Shown piece after piece: positions 1 to 12,953 of a DNA stretch of 64,000 nucleotides (position 1 is its first letter; each line of letters opens with the position of its first letter). Below the pieces are notes generated by a model. It was given only the letters and a program-made list of their open reading frames with translations. It was not told where the DNA came from and did not search any database. Source of the stretch: Macrostomum lignano (lineage: Eukaryota); NCBI GenBank assembly GCA_002269645.1, contig NIVC01001069.1, positions 186,001 through 250,000 of the forward strand, given 5' to 3'. The position numbers were made by a program, and so were the translations under genes.

Positions 1-2265
1 AGCTAGATCGGTAGCCTCTCCAATCAGCTGGATCGGTAGCCTCTCCAATCAGCTGGATCGGTAGCCTCTCCAATCAGCTAGATCGGTAGCCTCTCCAATC
101 AGCTGGATCGGTAGCCTCTCCAATCAGCTGGATCGGTAGCCTCTCCAATCAGCTGGATCAGTAGCCTCTCCAATCAGCTGGATCGGTAGCCTCTCCAATC
201 AGCTGGATCGGTAGCCTTTCCAATCAGCTAGATCGGTAGCCTCTCCAATCAGCTAGATCGGTAGCCTCTCCAATCAGCTAGATCGGTAGCCTCTCCAATC
301 AGCTAGATCGGTAGCCTCTCCAATCAGCTGGATCGGTAGCCTCTCCAATCAGCTGGATCGGTAGCCTCTCCAACCAGCTGGATCGGTAGCCTCTCCAACC
401 AGCTGGATCGGTAGCCTCTCCAATCAGCTGGATCGGTAGCCTCTCCAATCAGCTGGATCGGTAGCCTCTCCAATCAGCTGGATCGGTAGCCTCTCCAATC
501 AGCTGGATCGGTAGCCTCTCCAATCAGCTGGATCGGTAGCCTCTCCAATCAGCTAGATCGGTAGCCTCTCCAATCAGCTGGATCGATAGCCTCTCCAATC
601 AGCTGGATCGGTAGCCTCTCCAATCAGCTGGATTGGTAGCCTCTCCAATCAGCTGGATCGATAGCCTCTCCAATCAGCTGGATTGGTAGCCTCTCCAATC
701 AGCTGGATCGGTAGCCTCTCCAATCAGCTGGATCGATAGCCTCTCCAATCAGCTGGATCGGTAGCCTCTCCAATCAGCTGGATCGGTAGCCTCTCCAATC
801 AGCTGGATCGATAGCCTCTCCAATCAGCTGGATCGGTAGCCTCTCCAATCAGCTAGATCGGTAGCCTCTCCAATCAGCTGGATCGATAGCCTCTCCAATC
901 AGCTGGATCGGTAGCCTCTCCAATCAGCTGGATCGGTAGCCTCTCCAATCAGCTGGATCGGTAGCCTTTCCAATCAGCTGGATCGGTAGCCTCTCCAATC
1001 AGCTGGATCGGTAGCCTCTCCAATCAGCTGGATCGGTAGCCTCTCCAATCAGCTGGATCGGTAGCCTCTCCAATCAGCTGGATCGGTAGCCTCTCCAATC
1101 AGCTGGATCGGTAGCCTCTCCAATCAGCTGGATCGGTAGCCTCTCCAATCAGCTGGATCGGTAGCCTCTCCAATCAGCTGGATCGGTAGCCTCTCCAATC
1201 AGCTGGATCGGTAGCCTCTCCAATCAGCTGGATCGGTAGCCTCTCCAATCAGCTGGATCGGTAGCCTCTCCAACCAGCTGGATCGGTAGCCTCTCTAATC
1301 AGCTGGATCGGTAGCCTCTCCAATCAGCTGGATCGGTAGCCTCTCCAATCAGCTGGATCGGTAGCCTCTCCAATCAGCTGGATCGATAGCCTCTCCAATC
1401 AGCTGAATCGGTAGCCTCTCCAATCAGCTGGATCGGTAGCCTCTCCAATCAGCTGGATCGGTAGCCTCTCCAATCAGCTGGATCGGTAGCCTCTCCAATC
1501 AGCTGGATCGGTAGCCTCTCCAATCAGCTGGATCGGTAGCCTCTCCAATCAGCTAGATCGATAGCCTCTCCAACCAGCTGGATCGGTAGCCTCTCTAATC
1601 AGCTGGATCGGTAGCCTCTCGAATCAGCTAGATCGGTAGCCTCTCCAATCAGCTGGATCGGTAGCCTCTCCAATCAGCTGGATCGGTAGCCTCTCGAATC
1701 AGCTAGATCGGTAGCCTCTCCAATCAGCTGGATCGATAGCCTCTCCAATCAGCTGGATCGGTAGCCTCTCCAATCAGCTGGATCGGTAGCCTCTCCAATC
1801 AGCTGGATCGATAGCCTCTCAATCAGCTGGATCGGTAGCCTCTCCAATCAGCTGGATCGGTAGCCTCTCCAATCAGCTGGATCGGTAGCCTCTCCAATCA
1901 GCTGGATCGATAGCCTCTCCAATCAGCTGGATCGGTAGCCTCTCCAATCAGCTGGATCGGTAGCCTCTCCAATCAGCTGGATCGATAGCCTCTCCAATCA
2001 GCTGGATCGGTAGCCTCTCCAATCAGCTGGATCGGTAGACTCTCCAATCAGCTGGATCGGTAGCCTCTCCAATCAGCTGGATCGGTAGCCTCTCCAATCA
2101 GCTGGATCGGTAGCCTCTCCAATCAGCTGGATCGGTAGCCTCTCCAATCAGCTAGATCGATAGCCTCTCCAATCAGCTAGATCGGTAGCCTCTCCAATCA
2201 GCTGGATCGGTAGCCTCTCCAATCAGCTGGATCGGTAGCCTCTCCAATCAGCTAGATCGATAGCC
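1..2265. repeat. 25-bp minisatellite (AGCTGGATCGGTAGCCTCTCCAATC)n, ~90 copies, inside an intron of the ankyrin gene
   Basis: Tandem unit read directly; array ends ~26 bp from the GTGAG donor at 2291 (minus). Confidence 0.97.
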
Positions 2266-2291
2266 AAATAACCAGACCAATACCACCTCAC

Positions 2292-2466
2292 CGTCCTTAT
2301 CCGGCAGCTCCGGGTCCACATTGTGACGCACCAGCAGTCGCACAACATCATTATGCCGCATCTCGCAGGCGTAGCTCAGTGCCGTCCTCCCGGAGTCGTC
2401 CTGATAGTTTGGCTGAGCGCCGTACGCCAGCAGCATCTGCATAATTCTCTGGCGACACTTTTCCTC
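2292..2466 (-). CDS. Ankyrin-repeat protein (ANKRD34-like), coding exon 2; gene continues beyond the left edge
   Basis: EEKCRQRIMQMLLAYGAQPNYQDDSGRTALSYACEMRHNDVVRLLVRHNVDPELPDKD; acceptor ctacag| at 2467, donor GTGAGG at 2291; joins exon 10340-10609 in phase 0. Confidence 0.85.
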
Positions 2467-2585
2467 CTGTAGAAGTTTTTTTGAAGTTTCAGATGTTTAA
2501 GTGGCATTCAAGTGCTTCATTCCTTTTTAATTGTTTTATCAAACCCAGTTTATCCGGAAAACCCTGTTTACATGTACACAAATAT

Positions 2586-3131
2586 AGGGGCGCCAGCACC
2601 AGGGGCGCCAGCACCAGGGGCGCCAGCACCAGGGGCGCCAGCACCAGGGGCGCCAGCACCAGGGGCGCCAGCACCAGGGGCGCCAGCACCAGGGGCGCCA
2701 GCACCAGGGGCGCCAGCACCAGGGGCGCCAGCACCAGGGGCGCCAGCACCAGGGGCGCCAGCACCAGGGGCGCCAGCACCAGGGGCGCCAGCACCAGGGG
2801 CGCCAGCACCAGGGGCGCCAGCACCAGGGGCGCCAGCACCAGGGGCGCCAGCACCAGGGGCGCCAGCACCTGGGGCGCCAGCACCTGGGGCGCCAGCACC
2901 AGGGGCGCCAGCACCAGGGGCGCCAGCACCAGGGGCGCCAGCACCAGGGGCGCCAGCACCAGGGGCGCCAGCACCAGGGGCGCCAGCACCAGGGGCGCCA
3001 GCACCAGGGGCGCCAGCACCAGGGGCGCCAGCACCAGGGGCGCCAGCACCAGGGGCGCCAGCACCAGGGGCGCCAGCACCAGGGGCGCCAGCACCAGGGG
3101 CGCCAGAACCAAGGGCGCCAGCACCTGGGGG
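2586..3131. repeat. 15-bp minisatellite (GGGGCGCCAGCACCA)n, ~36 copies
   Basis: Tandem unit read directly; source of spurious GAPAP/RGAST ORFs. Confidence 0.97.
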
Positions 3132-3851
3132 GCCAAAGCCACTGCAAAGGGCGCACTAAAGCTAGTCAGCGCCAGGTGAAGGGAACAGTGAGTTTTTCGA
3201 ATCAATTTTTGTAATAGTTCAAGTGTCCTTGATAAGTCAAACAGTAATAAATTGACACCTTTGAGCAGTATACTCAAGCCGGGTGAAAATTCAAAGTTTT
3301 ACTTTGACTTTTCTATCGCAATAGCAATTGAAATTGTCAATGTCGAAATTTACATGTAGAAATCGTTGATAAAATCAATTAAGGCAGAGGCGAAACTGCA
3401 GGTAGATGCTGACTGACACATTCATCAACCCTTTCTGCACTACGAGAGCGTATTAGGAGTTCACAGAGAGCTTCTTAGCTGATCACCTGTGACAGGTGTG
3501 GTGAGGGAGAGGAACTAAAGTACACGTTGACAGGAGATTTTTACAAAAAATCGAGAGAAAAATCTGAGATGAAGAAACCGCGTCAGCTGAGCAGGATGAC
3601 ACGGGGCTCACGGATGCTACAGGCTTAATGAGCGACAGGCAGGTGAACTCCTGGTCAGCTTATACAGTTGCACTCTTGCCTGCAAGCAACAGTATAGGCT
3701 GATCCGTTCGACTCAAATTGCTTGTTTTTCGTGGCCTATCATTTTTCTGCTGGCAATTTTTTGTTCAATTTCTTGAGCAAGTGAGGATAAGATATGAAAA
3801 AGGAGGGGAAGATAGGAGAAAGAAGAGAGGATGGGGGAGAAGGAAGTGGAG

Positions 3852-4883
3852 GGGAGATGAGGGGGATCGAGAGGGAGATGAGGGGGATCGAGAGGGAGAT
3901 GAGGGGGATCGAGAGGGAGATGAGGGGGATCGAGAGGGAGATGAGGGGGATCGAGAGGGAGATGAGGGGGATCGAGAGGGAGATGAGGGGGTCGAGAGGG
4001 AGATGAGGGGGATCGAGAGGGAGATGAGGGGGATCGAGAGGGAGATGAGGGGGATCGAGAGGGAGATGAGGGGGATCGAGAGGGAGATGAGGGGGATCGA
4101 GAGGGAGATGAGGGGATCGAGAGGGAGATGAGGGGGATCGAGAGGGAGATGAGGGGGATCGAGAGGGAGATGAGGGGGATCGAGAGGAAGATGAGGGGGA
4201 TCGAGAGGGAGATGAGGGGGATCGAGAGGGAGATGAGGGGGATCGAGAGGGAGATGAGGGGGATCGAGAGGGAGATGAGGGGGATCGAGAGGGAGATGAG
4301 GGGGATCGAGAGGGAGATGAGGGGGATCGAGAGGGAGATGAGGGGGATCGAGAGGGAGATGAGGGGGATCGAGAGGGAGATGAAGGGGATCGAGAGGGAG
4401 ATGAGGGGGATCGAGAGGGAGATGAGGGGGATCGAGAGGGAGATAAGGGGGATCGAGAGGGAGATGAGGGGGATCGAGAGGGAGATGAAGGGGATCGAGA
4501 GGGAGATGAGGGGGATCGAGAGGGAGATGAAGGGGATCGAGAGGGAGATGAGGGGGATCGAGAGGGAGATGAGGGGGATCGAGAGGGAGATAAGGGGGAT
4601 CGAGAGGGAGATGAGGGGGATCGAGAGGGAGATAGGGGACAGGGAAAGGATGGGGAGAGGAGGGGATCGAGAGGGAGATGAGGGACAGGGAAAGGATGGG
4701 GGAGGGGGGAAGGGAGAGGTGGGGAGAGGAGAGGGAGAAGGAAGAGGAGGGGGAGAAGGGAGAGGTGGGGAGAGGAGAGGGAGAAGGAAGAGGAGGGGGA
4801 GAAGGGAGAGGAGGGGAGAGAAGGGGGAGGAGGGGGAGAAGGGAGAAGAGGGGAGAGAAGGGGGAGAAGGGAGAGGAGGGGGA
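3852..4883. repeat. 21-bp purine-rich minisatellite (GAGGGGGATCGAGAGGGAGAT)n grading into GA low-complexity DNA; continues at 9224-9390 after the LTR insertion
   Basis: Tandem unit read directly. Confidence 0.95.
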
Positions 4884-7800
4884 TGTTGTGGGTTGATGGC
4901 TTTGCCATAGACATTTTTGTTACGCGACTGCGTTGATGAATTGAACCATGCTATTGAGTTATGAAATAAATGATAGACGCGTCAGAGGTCAACAGACCGC
5001 TAGACTGACAATAGCTAAAGGCTAAAGCCAAAAGCACAACAGTGGCGTCGGCAAGCATAGGCTACGAAAATGCCTGGAAGTACGCCAGCATCGCCAACTA
5101 AAGGAGTTGGTAAAACGATTTCGAGCGACAAAGCACCACCGCTTGCGATCTCGTCGAAATCAGTCCAAGCGACAAAGTCGGCAACAGCGACAGCGCAGAA
5201 CCCAAGCGCACAAGTATCGAGAGGACAGCAAGTTGACATCGAAAAACTCGATGAAAGTTCGAACTTCCAGAGGTGGTTGGACCGATTCACACTGTGCAGC
5301 GAAATCAACGGCTGGCAGGACAACACGAAAAACAAGCTGCTGCTGATGAAGCTCAGCACCAAGCTGTACGACGCATTGGCCGATCGAGCCGCTCCCAAGA
5401 AGCCGGGAGAAAAGAGCTTCGATGAACTGACCAAACTACTGGCCAGCATCCTGGAACCAAAGACGTTCGTCATGGCTGAGAGATTCAATTTCCAGCATAT
5501 CACTCGCACGGCATCAATGAGCATTCGTGAGTATGCACAGCAACTCTGCATGTAGGCAGACAAGTGTCAGTTTGGCCTATCCAGAGATGAGAGACTGAGA
5601 GATCAGCTCGTATTCGGTTTGAATGACAAGGTGGCCATCAGCAAGTTATTGGAACAGGACTTCAGCACTCTCACGTTTGAGACAGCTATCAACATCGCTG
5701 AGGCGCACCAGAACCTATCACAAACGCAAATACTAAAGGGTTGCACCAGTCAGCCGCAGTCTTCTGAAGTAATGAAAATTTCAGCATCGGTGGCCAGAGG
5801 CTCCCACTCTACAAGCTCCAAGTGTGGCAGATGTGGCACAATGCATGGCTCCAATGGAGGGTGTCCTGCGAAAGGAAAAACGTGCAACAAATGTGGCATG
5901 CAAAACCACTTCGCAACAGTTTGCAAAACGAAATCAACTGGTTTTGGCAAAGGCCGAAAATCGTTCAAAAGCCCGTCAGCATCTGGTCAATTTAGGCGAG
6001 CTGCAGTGTGGCCAAGGACCACAAGCTTTGTAGATGCAAGCGAAGCTGAACAGGAGGATTGTTTTCACATTCGACATCCCGTTGATAGCTACACCGTGCC
6101 TGTTAGGCTCAGACACACGAGCGGGTCGATGCTTAGCGTGAACGCACAAATCGATACTGGGGCAGGAGTTTCGGTAATGTCAAAAACGATCTGGAAACGA
6201 TTGGGTTGTCCAAAGCTGACACCTACAGACACTGTTCTGACAACATACGCTGATACGCAGATGAAGGTCTTTGGAACACACGACACTGAGTTGGAGTACA
6301 ATGACGAGTTCATTCCAATCACATTCTTCATTGTGGAATCGCAGAGAAACTTTGTTCTGGTTGGCCGAGACAAGCTCAATTTCACGCTAAACGCTGTAGA
6401 CAACAGCTGCACATCGGCAACCCAGTCATGCGAATTTCCACCAGTAACTCTTAAGATCAAGGAAGGAACCACTCCAATTCATTGCAAACCCAGGCCGCTA
6501 CCCTTCGCACTCAGACAGGGAGTCAAGGATGAAATCGATCGGTTGCTTGAAGAAGACACCATCAAGCCCGTCAAGTTCAGTGAATGGGCCTCACCAATTG
6601 TCGTGGTCAAGAAACCTTCTGGAAAGCTCAGACTTTGCGTCGACTACAAGGTGACAATCAATTCTCATCTTATCAGCGATTCATATCCGATGCCTGCACC
6701 TGACGAAGTGATTGCAACTGCTGCTGGCAGCCGGATATACACTCGTCTGGACCTAGAGAAAGCTTATCACCAGATCCCACTAGATGAAGCTTCCAAAGAG
6801 CTGACAGTAATGTCAACACCATTTGGGATGTTCGCTTTCAACAAGCTTCCATTCGGAGTGAAAACAGCACCTGCGATCTTCCAGCGGTACATTAGCCAAG
6901 TCCTACAAGGAATTCCTGGCGTCATTGCCTACGTAGACGACATATTGATATGCGGCAAAGGCGTAGAACAATTGGCAGTTCGTGGGACGGAAGTATTGCA
7001 TCGACTAAACCAGCAAGGATTGAAGATCAACACGGCGAAAAGTGAATTCCGCAAGACTTCGATCAAGTTTCTAGGCTACTTATTGGAAGGAGATCAGCTC
7101 AAGCCGGACCCAGCCAAAGTGAAGGCAATCCAGGACATGACACCACCGCAGAACGTTGGCGAGCTTGAATCCTTCCTGAGTCTCGTAAATTTTAGCGGCA
7201 AGTTCATCAGAAACCTAGCTGCACTGACCAAGCCTCTCAATCGACTAAGAAAGAAAAATGAGGACTTCGAGTGGACAAAGGAGTGTCAAATAGCATTTGA
7301 CGAAATCAAAGTCACTCTCTCTGATCAATCAAGTCTTCAAATATTTGATCCGGAGAAGCCCATTGAACTGGAATGCGACAGTTCTCAGCGAGCTCTGGGC
7401 GGAGTGTTGACACAAAGCGGTCAAGTCGTGCTGTACATGAGCAAGACTCTGTCTGACGCCGAAACAAAATATTCGCAAATAGAGCGTGAAGGCCTGGCAC
7501 TGGTTTGGTGCATTCAAAGATGCCATCGGTTCTTGTATGGCCGGAGGTTCACACTGATAACTGATCACCGGCCCCTCACATACATATTCGCGCCAGACAA
7601 ACAGCTGCCCACCAGAGTTTCAGCTCGACTACAACGATGGGCAATCATGCTAGCTGCTTATGACTATGTCATACAGTATCGACCATCAAAGCTAATGCTG
7701 TCGGATGCGCTATCTCGACTGGTGCCCGCTAAGCCGAATGCACAGACAGCATCGATCGGACTCCTCGAAGCTGACAACCCGGGAGTAATTCAGCTGGATC

Positions 7801-9223
7801 GCATTGCACACGCAACCAGAGAGGACCCGGAGTTCAGATGCCTGGGCGCAGCCATAATTAACAATAATCTATTTGACGACCCACACCTACTCAGCTACTC
7901 GAAGGTTCAAGATGAGCTAACTGTCAACGATGGAATTATTTACAGAATGAACAGAATTGTATTGCCTCGTGTCCTGAGAGAAACTGCCCTGGCAGCTGTA
8001 CACTCAACGCACCTTGGGGTGGAAAAGTCAAAGTCAATTTTGAGGGAACAGTTCTGGTGGCCACAGATGGACCGTGACATCGCTGACTACATTGGACGAT
8101 GCAACGTGTGCAACGCGTACAAGTCCAGAAATAAGAACTTTCGGCACTCGTGGCCAGAACCTGACAACCCCTGGGAGCGAGTGCACATTGATTTTGCCGG
8201 TCCGATAGAGGGCAAGTACCTACTCATCATTGTGGATGCGCACTCGAGCTACCCGGAAGTCTTCATCACGAGCGACATGAAGGCCGACACAGTCATTTCC
8301 AGACTTAGAAGATTGTTCTCACAACAGGGGGTGCCCAAGTGTCTCGTGTCAGACAACGGCCCTAGTTTTGTGAGCGAAGCGGTGACCGGCTGGCTCACCC
8401 AGATTGGCTGTTCGCACATCACAACGCCCGCCTACCATCCACAGAGCAACGGCATTGCAGAGCGAATGGTGCGAACCGTCAAAGAGACAATCAAGACCAA
8501 TGGTTTATCCCAAAGAAGTATTGACAGATTTCTACTGTTCTACAGAGCTGCCAAAGAGAAGCAGCAAGCATCACCGTCCGAGTTGTTGAACGGCAGACAA
8601 ATAAGACTCCCCATCTCGGAGAGCAGCACTCAGTCCAAGTGGATCCCAGGAGAATCACTCATCTACCGTGCATCGAGTTCTCATGAGCCACGAACTGTGA
8701 GATTCGCCAAAATGCTTGGCAGCAACACAGCAGTCGTCACCACAGAGACTGGACGAAATCTAAAGACCCACCTCGATCAACTACGAATCGGTGAGGTACC
8801 TGAGGCTCACGGAACTACGGAAATGGGGGATTCCAAGCCCGGTGGCAACGGTCCAAGTGACGACGGCCAACAGACGCGTCCGTCATCGACAGACACTGAG
8901 ATACTACCGGGAACAGAACAAGCTGAGAGAGCACAACAGCAACAGACTGAGGCCGGAGTTCAATCCAAGCCGTCACCCAGGCGAAGCGAACGCTTGGCCA
9001 AGAAAACTAGAATTTTTTATCGCACCTGAGTGATAATTGTACACCTACCTATAGAAGAGGGAGGGTGTTGTGGGTTGATGGCTTTGCCATAGACATTTTT
9101 GTTACGCGACTGCGTTGATGAATTGAACCATGCTATTGAGTTATGAAATAAATGATAGACGCGTCAGAGGTCAACAGACCGCTAGACTGACAATAGCTAA
9201 AGGCTAAAGCCAAAAGCACAACA
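4884..9223 (+). mobile_element. Full-length Ty3/Gypsy LTR retrotransposon (Mag-like), antisense in ankyrin gene intron
   Basis: Identical 158-bp LTRs 4884-5041 and 9066-9223 (TGTTG...CAACA); 5-bp TSD GGGGA (4879-4883, 9224-9228); putative PBS TGGCGTCGGC at 5043; PPT AGAAGAGGGAGGG 9053-9065. Confidence 0.97.
5070..9029 (+). CDS. Gag-Pol polyprotein in one frame with one in-frame TAG at 5553-5555
   Basis: Gag core; two Cys/His knuckles (CGRCGTMH...CNKCGMQNHFATVC); protease IDTGA; RT YVDD; RNase H ECDSS; integrase HHCC plus DFAG/SDNG/AERMV. ORFs 5070 and 5619 are in the same frame. Confidence 0.93.
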
Positions 9224-9883
9224 GGGGAGAAGGGAGAGGAGGGGGGAGAAGGGAGAAGAGGGGAGAGAAGGGGGAGAAGGGAGAGGAGGGGGGAGAAGGG
9301 AGAGGAGGGGGAGAAGGGAGAGGAGAGTTCAGATGGGAAAGGGAGAGGAGAAGAGGATCGGAGAAGTGGGGAGAAGAGGAACTGGGAGAAATTTCAGGTA
9401 CATGGAAAAGATTGAGATGGGCAAACTACAAGCGTGCATATGGGATGAAGCAAGCATCAGACTCTACATGGATTATGTACACAAAGCATCTGCAGCAGGC
9501 TGCATAGTCTGAGTAAACGCTCCGCATTCCGGATAAAGAAATGCAAATAAAAAGAGCTGTATGATGAGACAGGGTCAGGAACTGCGGCAAAGGCATGGCA
9601 GGTTAGTGGGAGAAACCAGCTGAGAACATCGGGACATGCAAGACAAGGCTAAACGCAATCAGAGAACATGGAAGCCACTTGTAGCGCATTGCAATCAGAT
9701 TATGCTTGAGGCTATAGATGCAGGACAGCCTGCATGCAACAGTGCAGTATACTCGCATAATCCATTTGTTTATTGTGACCATTGGCCATACGTAGATGAA
9801 TTCAGTTTATAGTTAAACAAACTTTGAATAGAATTGTAATATTGCTTGTATAAGAAGCCCGTAAATCTTTGTTCCTTTATTTG

Positions 9884-10254
9884 GCACCAAGGGGCGCCAG
9901 CACCAAGGGGCGCCAGCACCAAGGGGCGCCAGCACCAAGGGGCGCCAGCACCAAGGGGCGCCAGCACCAAGGGGCGCCAGCACCAAGGGGCGCCAGCACC
10001 AAGGGGCGCCAGCACCAAGGGGCGCCAGCACCAAGGGGCGCCAGCACCAAGGGGCGCCAGCACCAAGGGGCGCCAGCACCAAGGGGCGCTAGCACCAAGG
10101 GGCGCCAGCACCAAGGGGCGCCAGCACCAAGGGGCGCCAGCACCAAGGGGCGCCAGCACCAAGGGGCGCCAGCACCAAGGGGCGCCAGCACCAAGGGGCG
10201 CCAGCACCAAGGGGCGCCAGCACAAAGGGGCGCCAGCACCAAGCGGCGCCAGCA
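9884..10254. repeat. 16-bp minisatellite (GGGGCGCCAGCACCAA)n, ~23 copies
   Basis: Tandem unit read directly; one base longer than the unit at 2586. Confidence 0.97.
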
Positions 10255-10339
10255 TAATCCCAATGGAAACACTTACAGCCCTTAATTGCAGCATAGGTTA
10301 TGGAGCCACCACAATCCGGAATGCAATGCTTGCGCTCAC

Positions 10340-10609
10340 CGTAATATACACAGCTCTAATTAGCGGCGTTTTGCCTTTGAAATCGCGAAAATTTGTTGCC
10401 AACTTGACGTCGCCTTCGCAAGCTTCCAATATAAATTTGGCCAGGTGGCTTTTGCCGCGATTAACCGCGTCAAGGAGCGCATTGGCCGCTGTCTCCATGC
10501 CGGGCTGGTCGCGGGCGGTCTTTGCAGCCGAGCTCTGCAGCTGTTGCTGGGGCAGAGCTGAAACTTTTCCTGCAGCCTTCATCTGGCTCTGAGGATAGGA
10601 GCGGTTCAT
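10340..10609 (-). CDS. Ankyrin-repeat protein (ANKRD34-like), coding exon 1
   Basis: MNRSYP...ALLDAVNRGKSHLAKFILEA...DFKGKTPLIRAVYIT then GTGAGC donor at 10339; ankyrin GKTPL motif; repeat arrangement resembles the ANKRD34 N-terminus. Confidence 0.82.
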
Positions 10610-10863
10610 CTTTGAGAATCCAGGTATTTACCTCTCTATTGTAAACGCTCTGGGGAGAGGCGATCGCGGAACTTTAAACCGTATTTTCTGTTCAATAAGC
10701 ATATTTCGCTGTTTCTGCTCTCAGGTGCAGAGCCAATCGGGCATCAGATGGGAAGCAGTCGGAACTTCTCTGGGAACTTTCTAGCCAAGAAGTCCAGCAA
10801 CCAGAACCTGGACTAGCGCATCAACTGATTTTATACAAATGGGTTATGAAAGAGAGTCGGCCT

Positions 10864-11078
10864 GTTCAGTCCAAGACCTGGGGGGGGGGGGGTCGCCACA
10901 TATGCTCAATTACCCCCAGCTAATGCTGCGACCTCCATTGTACAGCTGGGTGAACTAAAGCAATGCAGAGTTAAGTGTCTTGCTCAATGACACAAATTGT
11001 TCCGATCGTGAGTCGTGAATCGAACCCACGACCTTCAAGTCGCGAGTCCGACGCTCTGACCACTAAGGGTTCAACCCC
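10864..11078 (-). mobile_element. tRNA-derived SINE with CORE-like central domain, copy 1
   Basis: Minus strand: TTAGTGG (A-box-like), GGTTCGATTC (B box), then CATTGAGCAAGACACTTAAC...CAGCTGTACAATGG; homologous to 12745-12953. Confidence 0.8.
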
Positions 11079-11477
11079 CTGTAAATCCATGGTCTGGCTG
11101 TTGGGTCTCCTTGACTACATGTAGACTGACTGCATGCATGGCCCAACCCCGGAGAGAAAGATTTCTTTGATGTGTTCACTTCAGCCTCGATCTAATTGGC
11201 AATTAACTTACAGTCGAAAAATTGCGTGCGCGTTTTTAATGATCGAACTGGAGCAAAAGTACACTTCCTAAAAAGTTAATTCTAAATCTTAGGATTATTA
11301 GTGCTGAACTTTTTAAATGCTGCTACGAGAGGGAGGTTTGCTTTCAATGGTTCAACATTTTTTTATTACGTAACGGTGCATGCAAACGTGGTTTAGATGC
11401 TAGACAGATAACACAGTAAAATAGACAAGCCCACTTGGTCGCAGTACAGAAGAAACTCAAAGAGTAGCTTCTCAAGG

Positions 11478-12527
11478 GCGATGGTAGGTTCTCAGGGTGC
11501 CACGGTAGATTCTTAAGGAGCCACACAGTAGTTCTTAAGGTGCCACGGTAGATTCTCAGGGTGCCACGGTAGATTCTTAAGGAGCCACACAGTAGTTCTT
11601 AAGGTGCCACGGTAGATTCTTTAAGGAGCTACGGTAGATTCTTAAGGAGCCACAGTAGATTCTTAAGGAGCCACAGTAGATTCTTAAGGAGCCACAGTAG
11701 ATTCTTAAGGAGCCACAGTAGATTCTAAAGGAGCCACGGTAGATTCTTAAGGAGCTACGGTAGATTCTTAAGGAGCCACAGTAGATTCTTAAGGAGCCAC
11801 AGTAGATTCTTAAGGAGCTACGGTAGATTCTTTAAGGTGCCACGGTAGATTCTTTAAGGAGCTACGGTAGATTATTTAAGGAGCCACAGTAGATTCTTAA
11901 GGAGCCACGGTAGATTCTTAAGGAGCCACAGTAGATTCATAAGGAGCCACAGTAGATTCTTAAAGAGCTACGGTAGATTCCCAAGGAGCCACAGTAGATT
12001 CTTAAAGAGCTACGGTAGATTCCCAAGGAGCCACAGTAGATTCTTAAGGAGCTATGGTAGATTTCCAAGGAGCCACAGTAGATTCTTAAGGAGCCACAGT
12101 AGATTCTTAAGGAGCTACGGCAGATTTCCAAGGAACCACAGTAGATTCTTAAAGAGCTACGGTAGATTCCCAAGGAGCCACAGTAGATTCTTAAGGAGCT
12201 ACGGTAGATTTCCAAGGAGCCACAGTAGATTCTTAAGGAGCTACGGTAGATTTCCAAGGAGCCACAGTAGATTCTTAAGGAGCTACGGTAGATTTCCAAG
12301 GAGCCACAGTAGATTCTTAAGGAGCTACGGTAGATTTCCAAGGAGTCACAGTAGATTCTTAAGGAGCTACGGTAGATTTCCAAGGAGTCACAGTAGATTC
12401 TTAAGGAGCTACGGTAGATTCCCAAGGAGCCACAGTAGATTCTTAAGGAGCTACGGTAGATTTCCAAGGAGCCACGGTAGATTCTTAAGGAGCTACGGTA
12501 GATTTCCAAGGAGCCACGGTAGATTCC
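11478..12527. repeat. 21-bp minisatellite (GTAGATTCTTAAGGAGCCACA)n with alternating variants
   Basis: Tandem unit read directly. Confidence 0.95.
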
Positions 12528-12744
12528 AGAGCGTAGTTCCTTTTAGTTTTTAGATGTATGTTGAATATGCAGTATTATTTTTCTGTGCAAAATGCAGTGC
12601 AGTGCATATGCAGTGCAAAATTTAATAGCCATGATTTCAATAAGAATTATTTTTCGTCTCGATCGCCTTGCACACGCAATAATAATTGAATAATTTAGTA
12701 CAGCTGCCTTATTGAGCGCGGCGCATCTGAAGGCTGCGTACTGC

Positions 12745-12953
12745 GGTTCAGTCCAAGGACTGTGGGGTCGCTACACACAGCCTCAATTACCCCAGCTAAT
12801 GCTGGCACCCATTTTACAGCTGGGTGAACTGAAGCAATGCATGGAGTTAAGTGTCCTACTCAAGGGACATAAATTGTCCGAGTGAGACGGGAATTGAACC
12901 CCCGACCTTTCAGTGGTGAGTCAGACGCTCTGACCACTAAAAGCTACAACCCC
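12745..12953 (-). mobile_element. tRNA-derived SINE with CORE-like central domain, copy 2
   Basis: Minus strand: TAGCTTTTAGTGG A box, GGTTCAATTCC B box, CCTTGAGTAGGACACTTAAC...CAGCTGTAAAATGGG resembling the MIR/CORE motif. Confidence 0.82.

Noticed and set aside
2481-4914. Long ORFs (GAPAP, RGAST, WCWRP, EMRGIER, SPSRSP repeats)
   Set aside because: They are translations of 15- and 21-bp minisatellites that lack stops in several frames, inside an intron
5553-5561. Programmed stop-codon readthrough between gag and pol
   Set aside because: The stop lies within gag upstream of the zinc knuckles, and the context TAG-GCA-GAC is not a CARYYA-type readthrough signal
9420-9700. Possible decayed LINE tail
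   Set aside because: Only a vague ELYDETG...GH resemblance across several frames; too degraded to call
10990-12953. tRNA genes at the SINE heads
   Set aside because: A and B boxes are present but there is no complete cloverleaf, and both continue into a shared SINE body
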